NCBI GenBank assembly: GCA_038888155.1
Contig: JAWAJB010000024.1
Location: forward strand, 1-13,730
Direction: 5' to 3'
Source of the DNA: Desulfurococcaceae archaeon
Lineage (GTDB): Archaea; Thermoproteota; Thermoprotei_A; Sulfolobales; Desulfurococcaceae
Length of the DNA: 13,730 bases
Position 1 is the first letter of the stretch, and each line of letters starts with the position of its first letter. This document shows, piece after piece, positions 1 to 8,376 of the stretch. Position numbers and translations under genes: made by a program. A model generated the notes under the pieces. That model was not told the origin of the DNA, ran no database searches, and was given only the letters and a program-made list of their open reading frames with translations.

Positions 1-207
1 AAGTATAAGCCGATTCACATTACAGCCAATATAAATGATTTAATAAAGAGGAAACCCCATGAAAAAGATCTGATACTTAGTCTCCTTCCCTATTATGAAG
101 CATTTAGCAAAATTTTAAACCTTAAGGTTATAGACACATCTAAATACAATTTAAGTTACTGCTTAACCTCTATACTAGATTATATAAGGATTCAAGGGAT
201 TCATTAG
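1..207 (+). CDS. 3' end of a CDS entering from the left; probable thymidylate/NMP-kinase-like P-loop protein
   Basis: Frame 1 is open from base 1 to TAG 205-207: KYKPIHITANINDLIKRKPHEKDLILSLLPYYEAFSKILNLKVIDTSKYNLSYCLTSILDYIRIQGIH*. The 'hIxA...LxxRK' lid, later Y and 'VIDTS' resemble NMP-kinase C-termini. The P-loop is outside the window. The stop abuts the next ATG. Confidence 0.55.
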   Translation, partial: KYKPIHITANINDLIKRKPHEKDLILSLLPYYEAFSKILNLKVIDTSKYNLSYCLTSILDYIRIQGIH

Positions 208-1536
208 ATGAAAAGAAAACTACTGGTTATTTCAATGCCTTTTAGGCTTGGAATAGGCGGTTTCCTAAGGTCATATAACGTAGTTCCCAGACTAACAAGA
301 CTACTTGCCGAGAGCGGCTATGAGCTAGAACTTTACATACCTGTTAATGCCATCAGAACCTTCGTCTCCTTCCTTATGAGCACAAAGCTCAATAATATGC
401 CTAAAGGATGTGAAGACTCGCTTGACGAATTATTAGCGCTTGCGATTAAAGATGTGTGTGAAGTTCAAAGGTTGTCAAAATATGCTTTTGCTATTAATGA
501 AAAATTACTAGAGAAAAATGTTGAGTATAATAGGAAGATTATCCTCAAAGAATCTGAGTGGAAGTTCTCCTTAAGTAGTCATATACTATATAGAGAAGAA
601 TTGAGACCTTTTTTCATTCATTTTTTTGAAAAAGGATTTGCTGGTATTGCTAGTCATTTCATTAAAAATCCATCATACGCGTACTCCATGCATGAAACTG
701 CAGATGCGATTACAGCTTTAACCTTTTTAAGTTCAAAGGAAACTAAGTCAGCGGTCTTACTTCAATCAGACCTCGGGAAAAAATTCATTCATAGAACTTT
801 CAGCTTAAATTTGTTCAAAAATCTATCTAAAAAGACCAAGCTTTGTGGAATACTCTCAGTTTCACCTGCACCAATAATGGAAACTCCTGAGCTCTTCACT
901 TTATGCAAAAACCTGAAGATCCTCGTTCCTGGAGTAGCTGTAGAGCGTGAGTTGTTTAGAAACGTGCCAAGAAATAAAAGGGCCAATGTTGTCATATATT
1001 ATGGTCGAATTTCGAAAGAGAAGGGGATATTCGACCTTTTAAGAGCTTGGAATATTATCGAGAAAAAAGTAGATGCATATCTCTACATAGCTGGGAGATT
1101 TGAGGATTATAAAACAAGAGTAAAATTTGATGAAACCATTAAAAAGTACAACCTCAAGGCGGTGAAGTATTTAGGCTATTTAGACAGGAATAAGTTATTT
1201 AAAATAGCGTCAACTGCTTCAGTGCTTGCATATCCATCCTACAGGGATTCATTTTCCCTAACAGTTTTAGAGTCATTATTCATGGGTCTAAGAGTTGTGG
1301 CATATGAGATACCTGCACTAAGCTTCCTATATCGGCAGAACCCAAATGTTGAATTAATCCCTGTAGGGAACTTTAAAAGATTAGCACTGGCAATTATAAG
1401 TAACCTAGAAAAGCCCTTTAAAAAAGATGAAACTACAACAAAGTTATTAGATAAGTATTCATCTTGGGAAAAAGTAGCCATTGAAGAGTACAGAAAATTG
1501 AGTGGAATGCTAAATACAGCAGTGCATCGAATATGA
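208..1536 (+). CDS. Glycosyltransferase family 4 (GT-B fold)
   Basis: N-terminal 'LLVISMPFRLGIGGFLRS'; C-terminal domain 'YYGRISKEKGIFDLLRAW', 'YLGYL', 'YPSYRDSFSLTVLESLFMGLRVVAY', terminal 'YSSWEKVA'. Confidence 0.93.
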   Translation: MKRKLLVISMPFRLGIGGFLRSYNVVPRLTRLLAESGYELELYIPVNAIRTFVSFLMSTKLNNMPKGCEDSLDELLALAIKDVCEVQRLSKYAFAINEKLLEKNVEYNRKIILKESEWKFSLSSHILYREELRPFFIHFFEKGFAGIASHFIKNPSYAYSMHETADAITALTFLSSKETKSAVLLQSDLGKKFIHRTFSLNLFKNLSKKTKLCGILSVSPAPIMETPELFTLCKNLKILVPGVAVERELFRNVPRNKRANVVIYYGRISKEKGIFDLLRAWNIIEKKVDAYLYIAGRFEDYKTRVKFDETIKKYNLKAVKYLGYLDRNKLFKIASTASVLAYPSYRDSFSLTVLESLFMGLRVVAYEIPALSFLYRQNPNVELIPVGNFKRLALAIISNLEKPFKKDETTTKLLDKYSSWEKVAIEEYRKLSGMLNTAVHRI

Positions 1537-2750
1537 CTGTCAAAATGTTGGTGGTGACACCAGTGTACCATCCTGAAGTGGGCGGGGGTGCCTTAGCAAC
1601 TTATTTAATAACTGACGTGTTAGCTAGAACTGGTCAGCTAAGATTAACAGTCTTAACTGGAGTAAAAAATCCTGAAAGAGTAAATGGGGTAAATTATATT
1701 TATGACCCTCTTATAAAACTTATTAATAAGCGGTATTTCCTCCCATCATTACTCGCCAAGCGATATCAGAAGATTCTCAAAAAACACGACATCATTTACG
1801 TTGCATACGCTTTCCCGTTCGTTCCTCTTGGCAAAGCGTATGGAAAGAAAGTGATTGTGCATTTACATGACTATCGGCCAATATCTCTCAATGGGATTGT
1901 TCTGGCAGGAACTAAAGGGTCAAGTAGCTTTCGCTTAATAAAAGATAGTTTCACTATTAGATTAATGCAGAAAAAGGGGGTTAAGGACTTAGCTAGAAAT
2001 GTATTGAATATCCCCTACACTTTGCAGATGCGCAGATGGGTGAGTATGGCTGACACTATATTAGCCGTTTCAAAAAGGCATGCTGAAATTCTATCAAAGT
2101 ATATGCCTGAATGCAGGAATAAAATAAGAGTCTTATATAATCCGCTCCCGAATCTCCCTAAATTCGAGAAGAAGTTAGAGGAAGCGCCTACATTCTTGTA
2201 TTGCGGTGGAGATAGCTATGTTAAGGGCTTCCATATACTTATTGAAGCGCTTAAGGCGCTCGGCGAGAATAAGCAGACCCATTTTAAGCTCATCTTAACT
2301 AATAAATATAGTCAAGAATCTTTAGGCATACTAAATAAGTTGAAGAGGCGTTACAACCTCGATATAGAAGTCCATGGCATGGTTGAATACAGTGATTTAG
2401 TGAAGTTGCATTCTAGAGCTTGGGCATTACTATTTCCCTCAATATGGGAAGAACCACTACCCTACACTGTGATGGAAGCCTTGCTCGCGGGGACCCTTCC
2501 CCTAGCATTTAAGGTTGGGGGCATATCAGAAATAGTAGAGAAAACTTGTGCTGAAGATTTTTTAATTCCGCCAAACATGCATAAGAAACTTTTGGAAGCA
2601 ATCGAGACTATTGCAAGTTATGATAAACGTCATTTTGAAAAATATTTCACTCACAACCTAGTTAATAATTCTTCTATAAGTGTAAAGTTCAGCGAACAAA
2701 AGTTATTAAAAGATTTTCTTGATATTCTGCTTACATTTCAGGCCACGTAA
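1533..2750 (+). CDS. Glycosyltransferase family 4
   Basis: 'VVTPVYHPEVGGGA', 'VHLHDY', 'VLYNP', 'KGF', 'LFPSIWEEPLPYTVMEALLAG...VGGISEIV'. ATGA overlap with the upstream gene. Confidence 0.94.
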   Translation: MTVKMLVVTPVYHPEVGGGALATYLITDVLARTGQLRLTVLTGVKNPERVNGVNYIYDPLIKLINKRYFLPSLLAKRYQKILKKHDIIYVAYAFPFVPLGKAYGKKVIVHLHDYRPISLNGIVLAGTKGSSSFRLIKDSFTIRLMQKKGVKDLARNVLNIPYTLQMRRWVSMADTILAVSKRHAEILSKYMPECRNKIRVLYNPLPNLPKFEKKLEEAPTFLYCGGDSYVKGFHILIEALKALGENKQTHFKLILTNKYSQESLGILNKLKRRYNLDIEVHGMVEYSDLVKLHSRAWALLFPSIWEEPLPYTVMEALLAGTLPLAFKVGGISEIVEKTCAEDFLIPPNMHKKLLEAIETIASYDKRHFEKYFTHNLVNNSSISVKFSEQKLLKDFLDILLTFQAT

Positions 2751-2790
2751 CCAAAATATTTTCTGAACATACCTATGGACGAGTAGAGCC

Positions 2791-3247
2791 ATGTTTAGGG
2801 TAGTACAGCTAGGTACCGATAAGCTTCCTTGCCCTCCACCTAAAGGTGGTGCCATTGAGAGATATATTTACGGAATTTCGAGAGAGTTGGCTAAAAACGG
2901 AGTTGAAGTCCATATAATTTCGCTTCTAAGCTGGGAAAAAGTCAGATGTTTAAGCATATAGAAAATGTTATTCATCATCCAATAAACCTTAATCATTATA
3001 AGGTTATGTTATCTCAGCCATTACTTGAAGTTAGCTTTTCTGCATCTTTCGGTAAAAAATTTCAAAGATCATTGAAAATTATTGAAAAAGATTATGGAAA
3101 ATTGACGTAATTAGTTCACATTTTTCCACAACTTCTTTTGACCCATTATATTTAAACAGAAGTTGCAACCTTATATCACGTACACAATCTTATGGAGAAA
3201 GCGAATATAGTTTCCTAATTAAAAATACCGGGCGTCAAAGGATATGA
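2791..3247 (+). pseudogene. GT4 glycosyltransferase pseudogene (N-terminal domain, at least two frameshifts, catalytic domain lost)
   Basis: ATG 2791 gives MFRVVQLGTDKLPCPPPKGGAIERYIYGISRELAKNGVEVHIIS... (stop 2959-2961). Another frame continues ...KIIEKDYGK (stop 3108-3110), then a third gives IDVISSHF... and ends at TGA 3245-3247. An HVHN motif appears in a shifted frame near 3177-3188. Confidence 0.85.
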
Positions 3248-4797
3248 GTATCATGACGTCGGAATCAAGAACAAGACGTAATTTTCTTTCAATCTATACA
3301 TTGTTAATGTTAGTTTTATTTCTCTTTTTCTCCTCCTTGACCTATCAACCAATAGATGAGTTCTGTTTTACCAATATTAATTTAGCAGGACTTATAATGA
3401 GAAAAACGAAAATTGAGGTATCTGAACTTGGCGTGTCTGGATTTTTTGTTTCACATATGATAGAATTTCACCATAGATTTTATCCCCATATAATGCTGGC
3501 ATTCATTGCCATGATTACTGGCGTCAATCTAGAGCACATAGTTTTACTACCTCTACCAATGCTTTTAGCACTCCTTTCAATATGGCTCATACTAAAGACT
3601 CTACCAAACCTTTCAACTACTCATAGAATGATTTTTGCCTTAATGTTTGCCTCAAACTTATCCATGAACTTCTTTTTTGAATTCTACTATATTTCTTTAG
3701 CTTTCTCTTTACTTCTTCTGTACACTTATATTGTTCTCAAATCTTCATTTAATGATTCGACCCGTGTAGTTGTTTTGTATATTCTACTCTTTATGGCAAT
3801 GGTTTTTTCGCACCATACTGCGGCTTTCTTAGCCATTATAATCATGTTCATATATAGGCTGAAAAGCAAAAGATTGTCGCTGGTGGCAGCGTTCGCAGTA
3901 TTATTTATAGCTATAGAACTAATCATTTATTCTCAAACTGCAATTGAAATCGCCTTGGTTAACGCGGCCCGCGCTCCCATCTCACAAATAGTATTTAATG
4001 TGCAGGAATACTTCAAAAATCTACTTTCAACAACGGCACAACCAGGTACATATGCCGAGTTAAACCCCTACTTCATTAATCCTATCATTCAGATAGCGGG
4101 ATCCCTCAATCGACCGCTGACAATCTTGTATGTGATTATAAGCCTTCTAGTATCTCTCAAATCCAAAAACACAATTAAATCCCTGAGAGACTCACATACA
4201 TGGTTTATTTTTTCATTATTTATAGCGGGAATGATAGAGCTCTTGATTTACCTTTTTATGAACTTTGGAGTACTGCTAAGATTTACTTGGATAACTTTGG
4301 TTCTATTTATGGCCTACATTTGGCCTCTTTCACCATGCACAAAAATTCAATTTAGAAGAACAAGAATATACCAGGTCCTAATCTTAATGGCAGTTGTGTC
4401 AATAGTATGTATAACAACCTTAAATTTCGCGAAAAGTTACGTCTTCTCTTTAGAATATGGGGTTGATTATAACAATTTTTGTCAAAAGGCGCACCAATCT
4501 TCGTTATTTTTCATATTAAACGGAGGAAAAAATACTGTATTCACTGATCACTTCACAGCTGCCGTGATGACGCAAGACGCATTAAGCCAAGGCAGCAATA
4601 CTAGAATATTAATTATCGTCGAGGAATTGCCAGAACTAGACGAAGGTTACTATGTTCTGCCTTTAGTAAAGGCCTTCAGAGCCGGATGGTTGGGGCACAT
4701 TTCCGCTTCAAAACTTCACATCACCCTTTCTGGAAAAAATATCCTATATAGCTCTGGATTTTTTAGGATTTACCATGTCCATATAGATGAAACCTAA
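3244..4797 (+). CDS. Polytopic membrane protein, GT-C-like (DUF2206-like architecture); possible lipid-linked-sugar glycosyltransferase or polymerase
   Basis: 517 aa with about 11-13 hydrophobic segments by eye. Acidic 'PIDEF' after TM1, 'FSHHTAAF' mid-protein, soluble C-terminal domain with 'VFTD' and 'KNILYSSG'. Lies among glycosyltransferases. Confidence 0.65.
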   Translation: MSIMTSESRTRRNFLSIYTLLMLVLFLFFSSLTYQPIDEFCFTNINLAGLIMRKTKIEVSELGVSGFFVSHMIEFHHRFYPHIMLAFIAMITGVNLEHIVLLPLPMLLALLSIWLILKTLPNLSTTHRMIFALMFASNLSMNFFFEFYYISLAFSLLLLYTYIVLKSSFNDSTRVVVLYILLFMAMVFSHHTAAFLAIIIMFIYRLKSKRLSLVAAFAVLFIAIELIIYSQTAIEIALVNAARAPISQIVFNVQEYFKNLLSTTAQPGTYAELNPYFINPIIQIAGSLNRPLTILYVIISLLVSLKSKNTIKSLRDSHTWFIFSLFIAGMIELLIYLFMNFGVLLRFTWITLVLFMAYIWPLSPCTKIQFRRTRIYQVLILMAVVSIVCITTLNFAKSYVFSLEYGVDYNNFCQKAHQSSLFFILNGGKNTVFTDHFTAAVMTQDALSQGSNTRILIIVEELPELDEGYYVLPLVKAFRAGWLGHISASKLHITLSGKNILYSSGFFRIYHVHIDET

Positions 4798-4807
4798 CTG
4801 AGACAAC

Positions 4808-5423
4808 ATGTTCAGGGATGAAGCGCTATATATCCGAGCAGTCCTAGAAACTTTACTTAAGAAGTCAAAGATCAAATCGGTCCTGGATGTCGGGTCCTCA
4901 GATTTAACCTTCAGGACAAAGGTACAACCATATATAGAGGAGATTATCTTTCAGCCTCTAGAAAAATTTGGTTGTCGCATATACCATCTAGATGCTAAAA
5001 GCGGGGAAGGAATTGACATCGTAATGGATGCTACGCAACTTTATACACTCAATGCGACTTTTGATCTTGTCTTGTGTTGTAATCTGCTAGAACATGTAAC
5101 TGACATCCCAAAAACCATCATAGGTCTAAAGAAAATAACAAAAAAATGGCGGCTATTTATTAATCACATCCCCCTTAAAATATGTCTACCACCCCGACCC
5201 TATAGACAACTTCTTTCGGCCGGATGTAAGGACCTTGAAATTTCTATTTAGAGAATCATTCACGCCAATCTTCTCCAGAACAATCAGCATAAATGATATA
5301 AAGATCAAAGAGCGCCTTCTATCTTTTAAATTTATGACACAGAAGAAGATTTTACGCTTTAACCTTTCACACTTATTCGGTAAATTCAAAGTAACACTCA
5401 TTTTATTAAAACGCTGCTCTTAA
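4808..5423 (+). pseudogene. Class I SAM-dependent methyltransferase split by one frameshift (track ORFs 4808..5251 and 5235..5423)
   Basis: 'VLDVGS', 'HLD', 'GIDIVMD', 'FDLVLCCNLLEHV'. Removing one A from the A7 run at 5140-5146 gives ...TKNGGYLLITSPLKYVYHPDPIDNFFRP...KRCS*, a 204-aa ORF with no other lesion. Confidence 0.88.
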
Positions 5424-5526
5424 TACTATTCTAATGTTGTAATTTAAAGAATAAATCATGGAAGCTTTGGGAAAAGTTTTTAGATTTGTTCAGCCCCCGC
5501 TTTCAGGGTTTTGACAATCCATATTA

Positions 5527-5555
5527 CGGAATAACTATTCCGAGAAAACTTAAAA
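5527..5555 (+). promoter_or_regulatory. Inverted repeat next to a BRE/TATA-like element
   Basis: CGGAATA-AC-TATTCCG (5527-5542), then GAAAA (5544-5548) and CTTAAAA (5549-5555). Confidence 0.4.
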
Positions 5556-5661
5556 GGCTCTGCTATATTCGATTAGAGCATCGTGCGAAGTAGTTTTTGA
5601 GTTTAATGACGATAAAGAAAAACAATCCCTAAAAGGCAGGGAAGACACTAAAGTCGTTTGT

Positions 5662-6375
5662 ATGGAGCCGATGCAAAGGTTTTTATTAAAATGGCCGAGG
5701 ACTTCTACGATAGAGCGCGCAGAGAATTTAGACTACGCATTCTATAAGTTTAGGAAGCCGGTAGAACACGTTTCAGTGGATATAGATGTTTTAGTGCGCT
5801 ACGAGCATCTGCCGAAAGCCGTAAAAGCATTGATCAGTAAGGGCTTTAGGATAGAGGTTTTAGAGCCCTACACCGTGACGATGGTTAAGGGCGAGACGAT
5901 AGTCGACTTGTATACGCACCCCTCATTTGCTTGGATCGTGTACTTAAATGGTGAACGCCTACTAGAGGAAGCAGAGACTATCGAGGTAGAACCTGTGGGC
6001 ATGGAGGTGAGAGCGTTGACTAGGGAAGCTGAAGCAGTAGCTACGGCAGCACACGCAATATATAAGGAGCACGTCTACCTCCTATCGGACTACTACGTAA
6101 CGAAGAAATGGCTTAACGGCAAAGCATTAAAACTTGCCGGGGAGCTCCACGTTGAAGAGGTAGTACGGATAAGCCTAAAACTCAATGACCAAATAGAGCA
6201 AGGCTTAATCGAAACGCCTGTAAAGCTAAACCTTGCACAAACAATAAAAACTCTAACAACGAAATTCATGAAAGATTCAAGCTTCAGGGCAACAAGCATG
6301 AACACAATAAAACTAGCAACAAAAAAGAGAGGAGTACAGCAACTAATTCAGAGAATGAAGAGAAAAGCCTACTGA
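5662..6375 (+). CDS. Nucleotidyltransferase family protein (NTP_transf_5-like), probably 5'-truncated
   Basis: 'YAFYKFRKPVEHVSVDIDVLV' (DxD metal motif), 'IVDLYTHPSFAW', 'AAHAIYKE', 'LSDYY'. Family-like sequence starts only about 20 codons in. Confidence 0.8.
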   Translation: MEPMQRFLLKWPRTSTIERAENLDYAFYKFRKPVEHVSVDIDVLVRYEHLPKAVKALISKGFRIEVLEPYTVTMVKGETIVDLYTHPSFAWIVYLNGERLLEEAETIEVEPVGMEVRALTREAEAVATAAHAIYKEHVYLLSDYYVTKKWLNGKALKLAGELHVEEVVRISLKLNDQIEQGLIETPVKLNLAQTIKTLTTKFMKDSSFRATSMNTIKLATKKRGVQQLIQRMKRKAY

Positions 6376-6711
6376 AACTCAAAAGGAATATAGCTCTCTA
6401 GCAGTCATATTTAACATCATGTTTTCCAGAATTTTTGACTCGTTAAAATCATTGATGTTCCGTAACAGGATCTTTTTAAGAGCACTTTCTCTCACAGGAT
6501 TGGGCAGACTAGCTTTCTGGTTTAGTATCGCCGTGAAACGTTTATCCCTGCTTTACGGTTCTTGGAGCCAAAGAGCAACAGCCTAAACTTACTTATGTTC
6601 TAGATTGTTAGAAGCGTCTGCAGAGAGAAATAAGAGAGCTTAAAGGAATTATGTAATTCTTTACGTGGAAAACTCGGATCTAATGTGTAGAACATGCCAT
6701 GGAGGATGACT

Positions 6712-7611
6712 ATGATTAACAAAGCTCTTAAATATATACTTGAAAAAATTACTAAACGCTACTTCACATTGTTTGAAAAGCTAGGTTTCCACATTTTACC
6801 CGTACATTACTATTCACCGATACCTGAAGTTGGAAAGCTGCGAGATGACATATGGTGTCGCCCTTCGGAGTTGATTGGAATAAAAATGAATGAGGAATAT
6901 CAACTTAAGCTGTTGCAGGATTTCTCAGCACTTTATAGTGGTGAATTTAATAATTTGCCATTATATAAGACTTCGGAGACCCGTTACTACGTTTACAACG
7001 GCAGTTTTGAGTCTGTAGATGGAGAAATATATTACTGTATGATCCGACATTTCAAGCCGGAGAAAGTTATTGAGGTGGGTGCAGGCTTTTCAACGTTGTT
7101 GGCAGCTGAAGCCATCAGCAAAAATAGGGAAGAAGGTTACGACTGTGAACTTATTGCCGTTGATCCGTATCCCATGGAATTCTTGAGAAAGGTTCCAGAA
7201 TTAAGGCTCATAGAAAAGGGCGCTGAAGAAGTAGAATTATCTGAATTCATAAATTTGAATGAGAATGACGTTTTGTTTATAGATTCAACACATGTAGTTA
7301 GGATTGGAGGTGAAGTAGTCTATTTATACCTTGAGGTTTTGCCCAGATTAAGAAGAGGAGTTTTAATCCATTTTCACGACATATTTTTACCATTAGAATA
7401 CCCAAAAGATTGGGTCCTTAAACAGCATAGGTTTTGGAATGAACAATATCTCTTACAAGCCTTCCTAATGTTTAATGATAGTTTTGAAGTTGTCTGGGCT
7501 GGAAGCTACATGAACCTAAAACATCCAGACAAGCTTGAAGCGACATTCAGATCTTATAGAAGGGGCCAAACATTTCCCGGAAGCTTCTGGATAAGGAGAA
7601 TAATAAGGTAG
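6712..7611 (+). CDS. Class I SAM-dependent methyltransferase (Methyltransf_24-like), intact
   Basis: 'HYYSPIP', 'VIEVGAGFST', 'AVDPYP', 'LFIDSTH', 'IHFHDIFLPLEYP', 'WNEQYLLQAFL'. GGAGG at 6701-6705 favours ATG 6712 over the track start 6694. Confidence 0.92.
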   Translation: MINKALKYILEKITKRYFTLFEKLGFHILPVHYYSPIPEVGKLRDDIWCRPSELIGIKMNEEYQLKLLQDFSALYSGEFNNLPLYKTSETRYYVYNGSFESVDGEIYYCMIRHFKPEKVIEVGAGFSTLLAAEAISKNREEGYDCELIAVDPYPMEFLRKVPELRLIEKGAEEVELSEFINLNENDVLFIDSTHVVRIGGEVVYLYLEVLPRLRRGVLIHFHDIFLPLEYPKDWVLKQHRFWNEQYLLQAFLMFNDSFEVVWAGSYMNLKHPDKLEATFRSYRRGQTFPGSFWIRRIIR

Positions 7612-7613
7612 CT

Positions 7614-7891
7614 ATGGCCAAACGCTTAAAACGAGAAATAGAATACGTGACACGCATCTCGGATGGCATAAGAGCCCACACTACATTTAATGATTTCGTG
7701 GAAGAGCTAAGAGCCGAGGGCCATGCGATTAAGCATCATGTGAGCATACAGGCTTAGGCATCATTAAGAAGTTACAATATGAGGTTTCCATACAAGAAAC
7801 TCCTCCCATAAATGAAGATGATTATCAAAAATCTAAAAAGTCTGAATGGCTTAAGGACCAGGAATATGGAACGTGTAATCATTTTCAATGA
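7614..7891 (+). pseudogene. Short ORF or gene remnant of unknown family
   Basis: ATG two bases after the previous stop gives 47 aa (MAKRLKREIEY..., 7614-7757). An overlapping frame is open 7733-7891 (...HTGLGIIKKLQYEV...). 'GLGIIKK' resembles a Methyltransf_24 C-terminus, but weakly. Confidence 0.3.
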
Positions 7892-7925
7892 GGATCTCTT
7901 AGAGCAAAGATAACCTCTCTTCAGT

Positions 7926-8245
7926 ATGCTACGCTTATTAAGATATAACCTTAAGAGGCTCATTAATTACTTGCTCATAAAATTGCAGTTCTCATCGCGA
8001 ACCACGAAGGTTGTCGGATACCCCTATGATATTATCATAGATCCTTGCAATATCTGCATGTTACATTGCCCATTATGCCCTACAGGAATGGGCGATACTT
8101 CACGTGTCAAAGCTATCCTAAGCTTCGACCTCTTCAAGAGGATCATCAATGAGATGGGTGATTATGTATCCTGTTGACTTCACGAACCGAGGCAAGCCCC
8201 TGTCAAATAAACGCCTACCCGAAATGATTAAGTATTGCAAAAAGC
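7926..8245 (+). pseudogene. Radical SAM protein pseudogene (N-terminal fragment)
   Basis: 'PYDIIIDPCNICMLHCPLCPTG' has CxxxCxxC. After a frameshift near 8165 it continues VDFTNRGKPLSNKRLPEMIKYCKK, a decayed 'nwGEPllN..l.emi.yak', then homology stops. An in-frame upstream segment (ATG 7866) is cut off by TAA 7911-7913. Confidence 0.88.
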
Positions 8246-8247
8246 GC

Positions 8248-8349
8248 ATAGACTTGTCAGAATCCTTTTAGAGGAGGGCTATTCTGAGTAGAAGCTGTTG
8301 CTCTACGAATCTTTCGTCAAGGAAGGGCAGAGGATTCACGTGACCAGGG
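8248..8349 (+). pseudogene. Internal fragment of a Methyltransf_24-type gene, paralogous to 11297-11366
   Basis: Reads IDL..PF.G / GYSE*KLLLYESFVKEGQRIHVTR with frame slips. It aligns without gaps to YPD*RVLINESFAKERQRIHLIR at 11297 (51/70 nt by hand count; exact 14-mer GGCAGAGGATTCAC at 8326-8339 and 11343-11356). Confidence 0.8.
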
Positions 8350-8376
8350 ATATGCGTTAATTTTGAGAAGAAAGGA

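Noticed and set aside
5235-5423. 62-aa ORF as an independent gene
   Set aside because: It is the C-terminus of the frameshifted methyltransferase starting at 4808.
5662-8245. Lasso peptide or other RiPP cluster suggested by NTP_transf_5, radical SAM and a short ORF
   Set aside because: No lasso cyclase, transglutaminase-like peptidase, PqqD/RRE or convincing precursor in the window; the context is glycan-related.
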